DNA of 64,000 nt. Source: Felis catus. Lineage: Eukaryota. The stretch spans positions 22,260,001 to 22,324,000 of the forward strand of contig NC_058383.1 in assembly GCF_018350175.1 (NCBI RefSeq), in the 5' to 3' direction. Positions within the stretch are counted from its first letter, which is position 1. Each line of letters opens with the position of its first letter. Below are positions 13,175 through 26,904 of this stretch, piece by piece. Made by a program: the position numbers and the translations under genes. The notes beneath the pieces are model-generated. The model was not told the origin of the DNA. It saw only the letters and a program-made list of their open reading frames with translations, and did not search any database.

Positions 13175-13371
13175 TCAGGCTGGACCCCTCCCGTCCAGTC
13201 TCTTTAGAAGGGCTCCTCCAACCCCTTCCACCCCCGGGCCCTGCCGGACAGAGGAGGTGGGACTTGTCTGTCCTCTCTGAGCCTGAGCCCACACCCTGCA
13301 TGCCTCCAACGGCTCTGAAGCCAGCATCACTAACTTCAATGCCGCTACATCTGGGGGTGAGAGGTTCATTA

Positions 13372-13590
<219 letters not shown>

Positions 13591-14084
13591 CTAAGGCCAA
13601 GAGAAACAAACAAGAGAGACCAGTGTCAGCGCGGCATGCCAAGGACTCACACGGCATCGAGTATCAGAGGAGAACTCGCTGAGAACTGCACCTGGCCCCC
13701 AGCGTTCCTCACACCTGTTAGGACCATCACCAGAGTTCTGCTCAGACGTGCATTTAATAAAGAGCTGTTGAACGAGTGGACGACTAGAACAGCAGGTGGT
13801 CCCACAGCAGCCCCAGTACATTTGCTGGGCTTCAAGTCCTCCAATCGAGAGCCTCACCCACTGACTCCTGCCTGAAGCGAGGCCTGCAGGGACAGCAGAC
13901 AGTTAACAGTTAACCGGGTCCCCTTGATTCTGTTTCTTCCCCCTTTATCCTCTGCGCAAGCTTTGGGAACTTTTAGAGTGATCTAAAACCCAAGTCTGAG
14001 CATAAAACCCCCCTGCTTAAAGGCCATTTGTTAATACGTCATCACCTACAGAACAGAGTTCAACGTCCAGTGAAGAGTCTGCAG

Positions 14085-14490
14085 GTTGTGGCAGAGACTG
14101 CTAGTTTTTCCAACAATAGCCATTCTTTAATAACAGAACCCTTGAGTCTGAGCAGACAGTGTGGCCACCCAATTAGAGACCGCATTTCCCAGCCTCCCGG
14201 GAAGCTTTGGTATGGCTGTGTGATGAAGTTCTGGCCAGTGGGATAGGTGTGCCTTTAAAAGAATGTGTACACGCCTCTCTGGCCCCTTTCCTCCTTTCCT
14301 CTGAAGGAGGAACTGGAACCAAATACCTCAGACCCGAACCTGGAGCCATGTGTTGAAAGAATAAAGCTACACTACTGGCCTTGGACTTCGTCCCATTGGG
14401 CAGACACCTCAGAGAAAACCTACCTTCTGTCTTGTTTAAGTCACTGTATTTGGGGGATATTTGTTACAGCAGCTTATTCGGTTCCCTAAC
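14085..14490 (+). mobile_element. Old MaLR LTR (MLT1H-J-like)
   Basis: tgtggcagagact...catttcccagcctcc...ttgtttaagtcactgtatttggg. Confidence 0.6.
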
Positions 14491-14514
14491 AAGCATGCCC
14501 TTCACAACCTGGCA

Positions 14515-14750
14515 GTGCGGTACGGTGGTTAAAGGTACAGATTTTGGAGCATAAACTAGCTGGGTTCTTCTCAGCAGTATGACTTTGGGCAAGTGACTTA
14601 ACCACTTTGTGTTTCCGTTTCCTTGTCTATAAAGTGGAGGTAACGATAATGCTATAAGCTTGTTAGACCACTGGGAAGAATAAAGGCATTCATCTGTGCA
14701 CAGACCTTCGAACCAGCTGGCACGCTGTAAGCAGTACACGCTCTTGTATT
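14515..14750 (+). mobile_element. MIR relic
   Basis: tgactttgggcaagtgacttaacc. Confidence 0.75.
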
Positions 14751-15109
14751 ATTATCCCTACATCTCCCTTATGATCCCACCTGTGTCCCCAAATACACAC
14801 TCTGCTCTCGGTTACACAGGACTCGTTCATATCCCTCTGGCTCGCACGGTGTCTGTCTCCCTCGAGAGTGGCTCTTCCATCACTGCACTCGCTACAAAGC
14901 TCCTTCTTCTCTTCCCCCAAAGCCAGGGGGAAAGCTACTTTCCCCGTGAAACAGTGTACCACAGAGGTTGAGAACGTGGACCCTGGGTTCCCAGCCAGGG
15001 CTCATCAGACACAGCAGCCTTTGGTATATGCCACCCATCTCTTCCCTCATTCCTTCTGCTCGCCATGAGTTTACAGGTGCAGGTGCCTTCTTAAAACTGA
15101 TATTCTCGC

Positions 15110-15315
15110 GGGGCGCCTGGGTGGCTCAGTCGGTTAAGCGTCCGACTTCGGCTTAGGTCATGATCTCATGGTTCGTGGGTTCGAGCTCCATGTCAGGCCC
15201 TGTGCTGACAACTAGGAGACTGGACCCTGCTTCGGATTCTGCCTCCCTCTCTCTCTGCCCCTTGCCCACTCACTCTCTCTCTCGCTCTCAAAAATAAACA
15301 TTAAAAATTTTTAAA
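15110..15315 (+). mobile_element. CAN-SINE
   Basis: TSD aaaactgatattct. Confidence 0.92.
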
Positions 15316-18300
15316 AACTGATATTCTTGCGACAGACAGAAAATAGACAGACACAATGAGTAGATGTTATTTTATGTGCTATTCAAGTGATGAGTGTTTT
15401 TCCCAAAAGACTCTTTAGATAAACTGTACTGAATTCTAGCGTATGTAAAAAAGGTGAATTTTTCCTGCATGAAAACAATACCTTAATAAGGCTGACTAAA
15501 AACATCTTCAGTCACTGAAGGCTTTGGGGGCATTCACCTTAGAGCTGAGAAATGCTTGCCTCAAACGCTCCAGGGAAACACCTGTTCATGACCAGGGTTG
15601 GCCTGTAGAGGGAGCTCAGGGCTTTCCCTCACTCCCCGCTCGCCTCGAAGCAGAACAGATCTGGTTGGTCAGATTCCAAGACACTGATTGGCCCGGCCTC
15701 AGTGGGCGGAGCTTGCACACGTGTGGAAAGGTGCACCTGTCCTCGTTCTCTTTCTGTCTCCTAGCTCTCTCAGCTCCCAGGAGACGGGTGGGTTCAGATC
15801 CCGTGGTCCAGCCCCGAGAGGGTTGGGAGTGAGTGGCCTGGGGCAAGTTCTCTCTCTCTTCTTGGCTCTTGTGCTCTCTTCGGGTTCCCTGATATGTTGA
15901 CCTTATAGAAGCCAAGAATTCCTGTTGATTACGGTTTCGATTTCCCGAGGCCTCCCTAGTATAGAAAAAAGGGATCTCCGAGGGCCACAAGAGGTCGACC
16001 TTGAGATTTGGGATAAAATCCCAAATAGTAATAAATGGCCTCCTTGCTGGGTTTCGCTTTCCTCCATGTATACATCTTAGAGTATCTTGGGGCGGGGAGA
16101 AGGTTTTGAGCATTTCTGACTAGGTATCCCCAAGAACCTTCTCCGTCCCTTCATGTCTCTCCAACAACAAGAGATGCCAAGTGGCACAAAGAATGGGAAG
16201 GGAAATGAAACATTTACCGAGAGCTGCCCCTGTGCCAAGCGGATGCTGGATGTCTCACGTGCACTTTCTCCAGCCTTCAAGCTATTCCATTTGGAAGGTG
16301 CGATTCGTTTCCACCTTAGCGCCAGTAAAATGGGCCCAGACTAGAGAGTGAGATTTTCCCCAAGGTCACTCAGCTGGCCCACCGCAGCGTGGGGATTCAC
16401 ACCAGGGTCTGCCTGGCTCTGAAGGCGGGATGCACTAAGCTTCTCTCCCTGCTCCCCAACTTCATTAATGCCCCACTGTTCCGGTCCAGCTACAATAGCA
16501 CCTCCTTCCTTCACTCATTCCCCCAGCAAGTGACTCCTGGGAGCCAGGGTGGTCCCAAGCATCGGGATACAACTGTGAGCAAGGAGACAGAATGCCTGCT
16601 CTCGCTGAATTCACACTCTAATGGCAGAAAGAAACCAAAAACAAAACGAGACAAAACAAAAACCCCACACCCTGCCCTCCCAGATCTTCCCCATCAGAGC
16701 ACTTAACCACTGTGTTGCAACTGCATGTTTAATCCCATGTCTCCAATGCTTAGCTGCAAGCAACACGAGGGAATTTTGCTCCGGGGCATATATTGTACTT
16801 GGCATACAGAAGGTGCTCACTAATCATGAGTGAGAGTTAGCATCTACTGAGCATTTACTCATGCCAGGAACTATTTTGCAGGGACTGACCAGGCATTAAC
16901 TCATGTAGTCCACATAGCATCCCTGTGAAGTAGGTACTTCACCCATTTCACAGATGAGGGCCGAGGGGTGCAGTGACTTGCCCAGAGACCCCCCCCCCCC
17001 GGCCTTGGCAGCACAACACCTTGCAAAGTGGCTGGCACCTAGTAAGAAGTTCGTGAGCTGTGGTGGCAGCTGCAGGGTTCCATTCACCCCTGCTAACCAC
17101 TGACAGCCCCTGAGCAATGCCCGTGCTGTTTCAGAAAATGGCTTGGGGAGTACCATGCAAGACCGATTAGAGCCAGACAGGAGAAAGGAAGGCCAATTAG
17201 ACAAGCTTCAGGGACAAGTTTGTATATTTAGAGGCTGTGGAGGCTCCTCCAACCTTGCTCCCAGCCCCGGCTTTCAGGAGGGCTCACAGTTATAAGTACC
17301 AGCTCCACCCACCCACCGCCCCATCCCTCAGACCACCCAGACCAATCAGGTCATCCCCTGACCGCTGCTGTCCTCCACCCTTCTGCCACCTGGGAGAGCT
17401 TGGGATAAAGCCACAGTCCCACAGCTGTGGGACTCCACGACCCACAAGGAAAATCTCTCAGGGTGCCCGTCCACGCCTGCTCATGTCCAGCACCATCTCT
17501 GAGATGGGTGGGTTTGCACTTTGAGACATCCTACTCCCCCAGACACAGGTGACTGGCGCAGAGGTAGGCGCTTGGCTCAAATGACTCACACGTTTAGTGA
17601 GTGGAACACAGGCAGGCCAGGGGTCATGCAGCTTGGGGGATGAGGGGGGCATTTTTTTTTACAGTGGGCTCCAAGGAACAGAGAGGAACAAAGACAAAAG
17701 GCCGCATGACCCAAGGGAAGGCGCTCCTGGTTCCCGTCCCTCAGGGGCCTGGCATCCTGTCCTCCAATTCCATCTGACTCTCCTGGGTCCTCTGTGCTTA
17801 CGCCAATCCAAGTAGGCATCTGTAACCTGCAGCCAGTGATGAGCATCGAGATATTTCTAATCACTTTGGCTCAGGTACTGCCCACTGGCCAATCAGAAGG
17901 AAGAGCAGGTTCAGCAGTGCTGGGAGTTAACTCTGGTTGCTGGATCATAGAGAGGTGGTGGGGAGCTGGCAGGGGAAGAAATGGGGGAGAGGTAGAAGGA
18001 GAAGGCTCAGAGGGCCTGGCAGTTATTTCCCAACCAGTTTTAAAGTATTTCACGATTATCAAAACTGGTACAGTAATGTCAGTGCAACAGGTTAAACATC
18101 AGCCTGGCCTTTGAACAAAATGCATTCCCTTCCTAGCCTCGGAGGCTGTGGCCATTGACCAGCTCTGGGATGAGCCTGGGGATCCACGTAGCCTCAAAGT
18201 CAGAACTTTCCCTATGGTCTTGTTTAGATCCCATCCAAAGAGCCCTCCCCCATCTTTCTAGTCGGATCCCCCCATCCCAGGCCCCACAGACTGGGTCCCC

Positions 18301-18353
18301 TCCAGTCCATGCACAGCCTATTCCTATCCCTGGCCTCGGTCCTCCTTGATGCT

Positions 18354-18695
18354 CAGAGGTTACAATCTGGAGCCCATGGGCCATTATCAACTTTGCAAAC
18401 AAGCTATATTTGCTTCATATGGTGCTTCTTAAAAATTCAAGTTAATTGACTACATTTACAAATCACGAAATGTCAGATAAAAATGTAAACCTCTGGCCCT
18501 TTTTGAAAAACCCCAACTTACAGCAACAATGGACACACATTCCCAGGGGCTGAGCAGGGGTTGCCCCCCTCGCATAGGGATAAGCCTTCCAGTTTTCCAC
18601 AGTCCCTGCCATTCTCCATTGTCTTACACCATGCCTGCTTCACTCATTTCCCCCCACCCTGCCTGGTCCCTGTAGGAATTTCGGTTTCTGACCTC
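18354..18695 (-). mobile_element. MER102-like hAT-Charlie relic
   Basis: cctgcttcactcattt...cctgcctggtccctgtaggaattt end; related copies near 30120-30400, 54347-54540 and 57953-58120. Confidence 0.6.
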
Positions 18696-20428
18696 TCTTA
18701 GAGCCCCCCACCCTCTCTACCTACAGTCCACTGGCTGGGAACCTACCACGTGTCAACATGTCCCCTAAACTCCTGAATGAGTTCATCTGGCTCAGTGCCA
18801 AATGCTTTCAGAAATAGGTTTGAAACTACTGTATCCTCATCCCAGTACCAGCCGTTGATTTCCAGGGACCCCGGTCATCTCTCCCACTCTGGGAGTCACG
18901 TCTCCACAAAGACCCTGGTATGATTCCTCTCCACGCTAGTTCGTGTGGTTGGGGTTCCTTCACGCTTCCTACTAGGCGAGCTTGGATTTCTGAGTTTCCT
19001 ACCACTTCTGATCCTGCTCGCAGAGATTGCTCAATCACAAGAACAAAATGACAACGAGCTCTTGTGACTCTTACTGCCCCCACGAATCGAACACAGACTC
19101 TCTGCCTAGCACTGTGCCAACTGTTCTGTATCACATCATTAAATCTTCAGAATGGCCAATGGGGGAAGAGCTGTTATGACCCTGGTATTCCAGATGCACC
19201 CACTGAGGCTTAGGGAAGGAACTTGTTCAAGGTCACAAAGCAAGAGAGTGGGAGAGTCACGACTGGAATCCAAGTTTGCCAGGTTCCAGAGCTACGGGCA
19301 GTGGAGTTGGGAATACCTGCCTATCACCTGTCTGCCTCCCTGCTCCTCGGTGTCCCCAGAGGGTCTCCCACCTGACAGGGGTTACAGGTGACGGCAACCT
19401 TCATCTCACGCAAACGCAGCACTGGCCAGTGACAGGCCGCTTGCGGTTCCTCACCGCCACCCCCCAACCCCCAGGACCAGAGGACAGGCAGATCTCAGCT
19501 CAGCATCTTTGGTTCATCGCCTGACTCCAGGCACAAGCAGCTAAGGAGGAAGGAAGCACAGATCAGAAACCAAAAGGGAAAAAAAAATGTTTAAACATCT
19601 AAGTCACAGCCCAAAATAGCCTTTCTCGGTCTGAATGGGCTGTGTGGCTTTGTTCGCAGGTGGGCCGAAATTTGGCGGAGCTGGGGCAAAGCTGCAGGAA
19701 TCAGGAGACTGGATTGAAGCGTAGAGGCCAACAAAACACACACCAACATCAGTCAGACGAGGAATAAAAGCAGCCTGGACATGTACAGGCTACAAAAGCC
19801 CCTGAGGGCACATTTCCCAGGAGGCAGCCGGGCAAGGTGAAATCGAAGATGGTGTGGAAATGCCAGCTGAACAGAGGGAAGGTTCCAAACAGGGGCTCTG
19901 GGGTTAACTGTGTGACCTCCGGCAAGTGACTTCACCTCTCTGAGTCTCTGGTTCTTGTGCACAAAGTGGAGATATAAAAACAGTACCCACTTCATGGACT
20001 GGCTTCATGGATCGGCTCCCCAGCACAGGGCCCCCTGCACACAGGAAGGGCAAGCTCTTGCTTCCAATGTCCCAAAGAGAAAAAATCATCGCGGGGACAC
20101 TTTCCGAGACTTCAGTCCTGAGCCTCTGCACATCCACATGCTACGTATAATATGTACTTGGCATTTTTCTTGAACTCAGCAGGCCTTTCACTTAAATAAG
20201 CCTATTTTAAAATAAAACTGTTTACAGAGTGTGAACGTGTGGGATTGATGTGCAAATTATGTTTTTTTCTAATACACCTTAAAGTGAAGGAACCAACTCC
20301 CCAAATAAAATTGTAACATGTGCGTCCCAACAGCGTCCATTGAGAGGCGGCAGAGACACAGATACATATATTCTTAGTGGGCAAGCCCACTGCCATTCGG
20401 CATTATCTATCAAAAGTACAAATGTTTC

Positions 20429-20561
20429 AAACTGAGGGTAGATGGGGGGTGGGAGGGAGGGGAGGGTGGGTGATGCCTTCCTTGAGGAAGGCACCTTTTG
20501 GGAGGAGCACTGGGTGTTGTATGGAAACCAATCTGACAACAAATTTCATATTTAAAAAAAA
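20429..20561 (+). mobile_element. Short young felid L1 3'-end insertion inside an older L1 relic
   Basis: gagcactgggtgttgtatggaaaccaa...aaatttcatattt plus A-tail; perfect 17-bp TSD aaaagtacaaatgtttc (20412-20428, 20562-20578). Confidence 0.88.
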
Positions 20562-20829
20562 AAAAGTACAAATGTTTCTTCCCTGGTGACCCAACTGCCC
20601 TACTCTGGGAATTTATCCTGGAGCTAAACCCAAATACATAGGAAATAATATGTATATGTGGCTGTTCCCTGCAGCGTTATTTATAACAGCAAAATACTGT
20701 ACATAAGCCAAGTGTTACAGGCAGGGAGCGGCTTAAATAAATCATAGCGTAGCTACACGGTGATATGCTGCTCAGGTGTCAGAAGAATGAGTTTTCTGCG
20801 CTAAGAGGGAAAAACCTTAAGGGCATATA

Positions 20830-20880
20830 TGTTTATTATTTTTATTTTTTATTTTATATTTTATTTATTACTATTAATAT

Positions 20881-20919
<39 letters not shown>

Positions 20920-21119
20920 TCTATTTATTTTTGAGAGAGAGAGAGAGAGAGACAAGTCAGGGAGGGGCACACAGAGAGAGGGAGGCACAGAATCTGAAGC
21001 AGGTTCCAGGCTCTGCACGGTCAGTGAAGAGCCCAACCCCGGGCCCGAACTCAAGGGCTGTGAGATCTTGACCTGAACCAAAGTCAGATGCTTAACCAAC
21101 TGAGCCACCCAGGTGCCCC
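20830..21119 (-). mobile_element. CAN-SINE with (TTTA)n-expanded tail
   Basis: reverse SINE; flanking cttaagg..atatat repeat. Confidence 0.9.
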
Positions 21120-21349
21120 TTAAGGATATATTTTAAAGTGAAACTTAAAAAAAAAAAAAAAAGCAAAAAACAAAAAAACCAAGATGCAGAGGAGTGTAGG
21201 CTGCATGCTACCATGAAGAAGAGTATCTATATTCCAAGTTACTCACGGCTACATAAAAATACACTGTAACAGAAGCTAATAGAAGTGTTTGTCTATAGAA
21301 GCAGGAAGAAAACAAAATGTACAGAGAGTAAGACTTCTCCAAAGTGTTT

Positions 21350-21560
21350 GGGCACCTGGGTGGCTCAGCAGGTTAAGCAACCAACCGACTTTGGCTCAAG
21401 CCATAATCTCTTGGTTCTTGAGTTTGAGTCCCGCATCAGGCTCTTTGCTGTCAGCGTTGGAGCCTGCTTCCAATCCTCTGCCGCCCCTCCTCCTCTCTTT
21501 GCCCCTGCCCTGCTCGTTCTCTCTCAAAATAAACTTTCAAAAAAGATATGGAAAAAAAAG
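21350..21560 (+). mobile_element. CAN-SINE (diverged)
   Basis: ggcacctgggtggctcag head, CT tract. Confidence 0.85.
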
Positions 21561-22259
21561 GGCATTTAAGTGTTTATCTGAGCGCCACAGAAACCTCACA
21601 GCAGGTACCCCAAATTGCAAACAAAATACCAAAGCTTCCTAAGAGACCAAGAAGCGCGGAAACCTTCACGGGGACTGTGTGGACTGAGGTTTTGGGAACA
21701 TGAAATGTGGATCATGTGAGAACCTGTAATGACACACACGCACTGCGGTCAAAGGCGGGGGGATTATAATTTGGTGAAGATCTCTCATTTTGTTCCTGGG
21801 AAGAAAGTCAACAGAGCCGATAACGCTGTGTAAATGTTCCTGCCCCGGTGACGGTGACTCGGTTTGCTCAAGCGTCTGATAAGCCCTGCCTTCTTCCAGC
21901 CACCACCCCTTTGCAAATAAGTAATTGTTCGATCGCAAGGCCAAGCTTCTGTTGTGTAAACTGGGGTAGAATTTTAAATATGATTTGCTGCATTAAGAGC
22001 TGCACTGGGGTCAATGTCAATACCAGGGGTTAATTAACAGCCACGTTCAAACCTAACGCTGGGCTCTGGAAGTTAGGAGCTTTTTGATGCAGGGGCAAGT
22101 TCTTTAACCCCTTTTAAGTGTTCACTCCTCCATCTGAAAATGGGGTAACAATTATATCTAATTCCCAAGTTAATGAGAGTTCAGTGAATGAATGCATGGA
22201 AACTGCCTAGTAGTCTCGTGTGGAAATAAACATTTAATCCGTGTTCACTGTTATCATGA

Positions 22260-22960
22260 GTTTTCTGTCCATACCCTTTGTCTGTATTTAAATTCAAATC
22301 TGTTTCTTTCTAAATGACTTGTAACACATTTCCCATATAATTATTAGGGATATGAATCATTCACCTACAATACACGCAGTAAATATTTTTGCAGTTTTTC
22401 ATCTGCCTTTTAATTTTGTTTCCCCTTTTTCAACATATAATAAGGCGTGTATGTGTGTGTGTGTTTAAATAAAGTGCCAATTTTTCCCTTTTCTTTGTAG
22501 TCTGTGTCTCTGCTGTTATATTTAGAAAGTCCTTCCCAGTACGATATTTTCTTCAATGTCCTACAGTTTCACTTTCTGCACTGAAATCCTTACTTCTCTT
22601 GGAATTCATCTTAGCAGGAGATCGGAGAAAAGACCTTCATTTCTCCCCCTGAATGTTTAGCCAGTTGTAACAACCGTAGGGGGATGTATCTTCTCCCTGC
22701 TGACTTCTATCACACACTCGTTTCTCGTGTGTATCCTTTGTTCACTTCTACATTTTCTCTTGTGTTCCACTGATTTCTCTCTAGTCCTGCCTCAGTACCA
22801 CACTACTTTAATATATCATAGGTTTACAATATCTGAGCCTCTAAACGCATGCATTTTATACCCACCTACCCCGACCCCAACATTACTGTCCACTTTGAAA
22901 ATCTTCATGGTTATTCTCACGCACATAGTTTTCCAGATTGTATTGGACAGGCCCATCTCT
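22260..22960 (-). mobile_element. Ancient L1 (L1ME-like) relic
   Basis: T-rich, cagtaccacactactttaat-type ORF2 remnants. Confidence 0.55.
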
Positions 22961-24600
22961 GCCAACCCTACCTATTTTATTGTCCTTCTAGAAAAATCCC
23001 CACCTACAGCACCAGCTCAGTGGAGAGTAGAGCATCTGACCTTGGGCTTCCAGCCAGTGCTGAGTGGACCAAGGTCTGGTCAGTGGCGTGCAGTTTACGA
23101 AGGAAGAACTGGACCGATTAGAACTGGACCGATCAGAATTTACAACAAGGAACAGTGCAGTCTTGGGAGCTGGAGCAGAGCTAAGGGGATGCGTGGGTGT
23201 CTGATGCCGAGTCAGGGCTGGCGGGCGACAAGGAGAGAGGGAGAGACGGACAGAGAGAATGAATTCACATGTAATTTGAGTCTTTTATGTCCTTCCAGAA
23301 AACTTGTCTGTTTAAACTCTACTTAGTTGCCACCAATGTTAAGCTAGTCTTCCTTTCCAGGGTTTACATTTTATTTCAACAAATGATCTCAGTGCATTAG
23401 TTAAGTCGGTGGTTTTCAACCTGATTACGCCAACCACTGTGGCATGCATGCAATTTTTTTTTTTTTAGGGATGTTATTTCCAGGCCTCTGGGTGGGACTC
23501 ACAGCAATGGGGAGCCACGTTTTTCTGGGGGTGTTGCATCGCTTGGAGTCACACAGAACACTGGTCAGAAGCTCAGAACTAGAGACATTGGCCCATCTCT
23601 GCTGATGGCAGCCACGGACTAGACATGCATCCTGACCACACTCTCCAAGTGGGACATACAGTCTGCTGGTCCCCACGGTCTCCACTCGCTGCTGGCTGGC
23701 CCCAGCTGGCATCTGAGTAACTCCTGCTGGATCCCAGCCCCAACTAGGATAACCGAGGAGGTCCATTTGAAATAGCAGCCTCATCCATTCATTGAGTCTT
23801 GGAGAGAAATATAGACCCGACCAGCCCTTGGGTGCAAGTGGGAGTCCTCAATCTCACAGCGAACAGGGAGCTGCCTTCCTTCTTCTGGAAGGCTGTGTGC
23901 ACTTATAAGCCGGCTCCAACTCTAAGTGGCTTCAGGACATCAAGCACTGGACCCGCAGATTCAGCTCCAAGCTGGTTCCTGAGTCAGCAGAGAGTAGGAG
24001 AAGCCCCATCCTTTCCAGAAGGTGATGCCGAGAGTCTGTGAGGTGCCTCCCAGCCTGGAAAAGGACTCAGTTCACCGGGAACAGATGGTTTCATAGGATA
24101 TTTAAAAGATGAGGCTTCAGGTCAGGTTGCCTAGACTGAAGAGCCAGTTCCACATCTTCCTGGCCATGTCCCTTGGCCACGTTGCTTAAAAGCTCCACAC
24201 TTCATATTAACTGGTGATAACAGCGGCATTTATTTCCTGGGAATGTTATGGGGTGTGCTTTACTGAAAACCTTTAAAACAGCTCCCCAACAGAGAGAGGG
24301 CACTCAATAAATACCAGCTGTTATTATTAATCATTAATGATTGCTGGCCAGGGCATCCCTAGGTCTACTGAGTTACAACTTTTTCCAATAATCCCCACTT
24401 GCATTCCCCCCTCTAGAACTTCGGTCTTGATTTCCCGCACCAATTCCCTCCACTAAAGCAACGAGCTATTCATTCATTCATCCATTTATTCGCCCAATAT
24501 CTGTTGAGTGTATCAGGTGCTGGATGAGCAGAAGCAGACACAGGGTCTGCCCTCGTGGGCCCCAGCCTAGTTCGGAGGAGACCATAAAGAAAGAAGCACA

Positions 24601-24832
24601 GGGGCGCCTGGGTGGCGCAGTCGGTTAAGCGTCCGACTTCAGCCAGGTCACGATCTCGCGGCCCGGGAGCTCGAGCCCCGCGTCAGGCTCTGGGCTGATG
24701 GCTCAGAGCCTGGAGCCTGTTTCCGATTCTGTGTCTCCCTCTCTCTCTGCCCCTCCCCCGTTCATGCTCTGTCTCTCTCTGTCCCAAAAATAAATAAAGG
24801 TTGAAAAAAAAAAATTAAAAAAAAAAAAAAAG
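24601..24832 (+). mobile_element. Young SINEC_Fc-type copy inserted in an L2 relic
   Basis: TSD aaagaaagaagcaca (24586-24600, 24833-24847). Confidence 0.95.
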
Positions 24833-25199
24833 AAAGAAAGAAGCACAAACAAATGGTAGGCTTCCGACCGCTGCAGAGAAGCCTGGAGTGCTTAGACAGT
24901 TTTCGGAGGGCTTCAGCTGGGCAGACAGGTCTGGGAGGTTTCCCTGACAAGTGACATGTGAGCTAAGATCTGAAGGATGGGGGGCAAAATCTGGACAGAA
25001 GGCACCAGGCTGGGGCTCTGCCCCAACCCCAGGGGGAGCTACTTCACTGCATGGGGTCCTGGCTCAACCCAGGTAGATTTGGCTGACATCACCCCATTGC
25101 CACCAGCCTGGCTTCAAGCTCTGCCTCAGCCCCTATTCCCTGTCCCCAGCTCGGACCCCTCAGCTATGACATAGATCCTAGCCCCCGTGGGAGGGAATT

Positions 25200-25780
25200 T
25201 AGTAGAGAGCTCATGAGTCAGACTCTAAAGCCAGAGAGTCTGACCTCAGTCCCAGCTTTGTTACTTCACAGCCATGCGGCCTCAAGCAAGTTACTTACGT
25301 TATATGAGCCTTGATTTTCCCACCTGCAAAATGGAGCCCAAAGCTGTCATGTGGAGAGACACTATAGCAGAATAGCACGCACTACAAGGTCAGGCTGCCT
25401 AGGATTGAATCCCAACTCAATGACTTCCTAGCTGTGTGACTTTAGGCAGGTTACCTAACCTCTCTGTGCTTCAGTGTCTTCTTTAAAGTAGAAATAATGA
25501 TAGTAGCTCTGCATGCTCATGAGAAGCTAATGAGCAAATATCTGTAAAAGAGTGCTCAGTAAATACTATGTAAGTGCCTGTTGAATACAGTAAATAAACA
25601 TTCCCGCCTTCTAGGTTTGTGAGGAGTCATGAAACCATGATTATACGTCGTGCTTTAGCCCAGTGACTAACAGGTAGTCCAGACCCCATAAATGTTAACT
25701 TAAAAAGAAAACTACATCTGTGACCTTGGGCAAGCCACCCCATGCTCTGGTCTCAGTTCCCCCTTCAGAAAACAATGGGG
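25200..25780 (+). mobile_element. Nested MIR relics
   Basis: repeated ctgtgtgac(c/t)ttggg/agttac(t/c)taacctctctgtg cores. Confidence 0.7.
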
Positions 25781-26597
25781 TTAACAGAGCACTCCCCAGG
25801 GCCCATCAAGTTCTAACAACCACCTATGCAGGCTCTTCACAGAGTCTGCCCCGCCTCTTCCTGTGTGGGTTGTTATGTGAATTCACTGCTCAGAGCGGAC
25901 GACAGAGGTCTTTCAGGGGCCAGTCACCCTGCCACAAATCACACCCCAGCATTATATATAAACCCTCCAACACCCACAAGGTACGCACACACATCCTCGC
26001 CCCTCACCGCCCCCCCTCCCCCAACGGTGCTATCAGCCCACAAAGGCAGGAGCACCCCTCTGTCCCTGCTGAGTGAGGGTCGCCCCAAAGCAAGACCGGA
26101 ACACAGGGTTTTACTCAACTTGCAAAGATGCTGTCAGTTCGATTTCTAGGTGTAGAGCACGGTGCCAGCTTTCTGACAGCTCCCTCTGCCACAGGGGCCC
26201 TCGGCGTACCCACGCCTGCCTTTCAGAGGGGCAGAAAGAACCTTCATGCAGAAGGACATGAGGGACGCTGCTAAAGCCAGTGCCTGGCGGGCCGCCATCA
26301 GCACCTGGGACTCTGGACACCACAAGACCATGGAGGGTCTTGTCCTAATGATCCTAATCACTAGCAATGAGGATCCTAAGCCATTAGGTCCACAGAGACA
26401 AGAAGCCTGAGGAAGATGAGTTCTGTGCACGCTGGCCCTTCACCCTTGACCAAGAACGTCCCTGAGACACCACTCTGCTCCACAGAAAATTCTGGAAGCT
26501 ATCATGTGCCTGACACTGCACTACGTGTGTGGTGATCAAACAGCAGGTGCTGACCTCACCTCCAGGGATTCATAGATTCCAGTGGGGGATTATAATT

Positions 26598-26904
26598 ATA
26601 GCGGAACCTTGAACAATGTGGGTGGTTAGGGGCACTGACCACACCCACGCAGTTGAAAATCCACATGTAACTTCTGACTCCCCAAACACTTAACTACAAG
26701 TAGCCTCTGACCAAAAGCCTTACTGATAACATAGTTGATTAACACGCAGTGTGTATGTTATGTGTATTATATACCATATTATAATCAAGTAAGCTAGAGA
26801 AAAGAGAATGTTATTAAGAAAGTCATAAGGAAGAGAAAATATCTACACCACCGAATCGCAAAAAATCATGCAGTTCAAACTCACGTTGCTCAAGGCTCAG
26901 CGGT
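26598..26904 (+). mobile_element. Tigger2a-like Tc1/mariner MITE
   Basis: ccttgaacaa...ttgctcaagg TIR remnants, TA flanks, internal aagctagagaaaagagaatgttattaagaa. Confidence 0.8.

Noticed and set aside
18034..18069. 9-bp inverted repeat accagtttt...aaaactggt
   Set aside because: Short, AT-rich and probably part of an old DNA-transposon relic or chance
22727..23326. Longest ORF (199 aa)
   Set aside because: GTG start, overlaps a decayed antisense L1 relic, no recognisable domain
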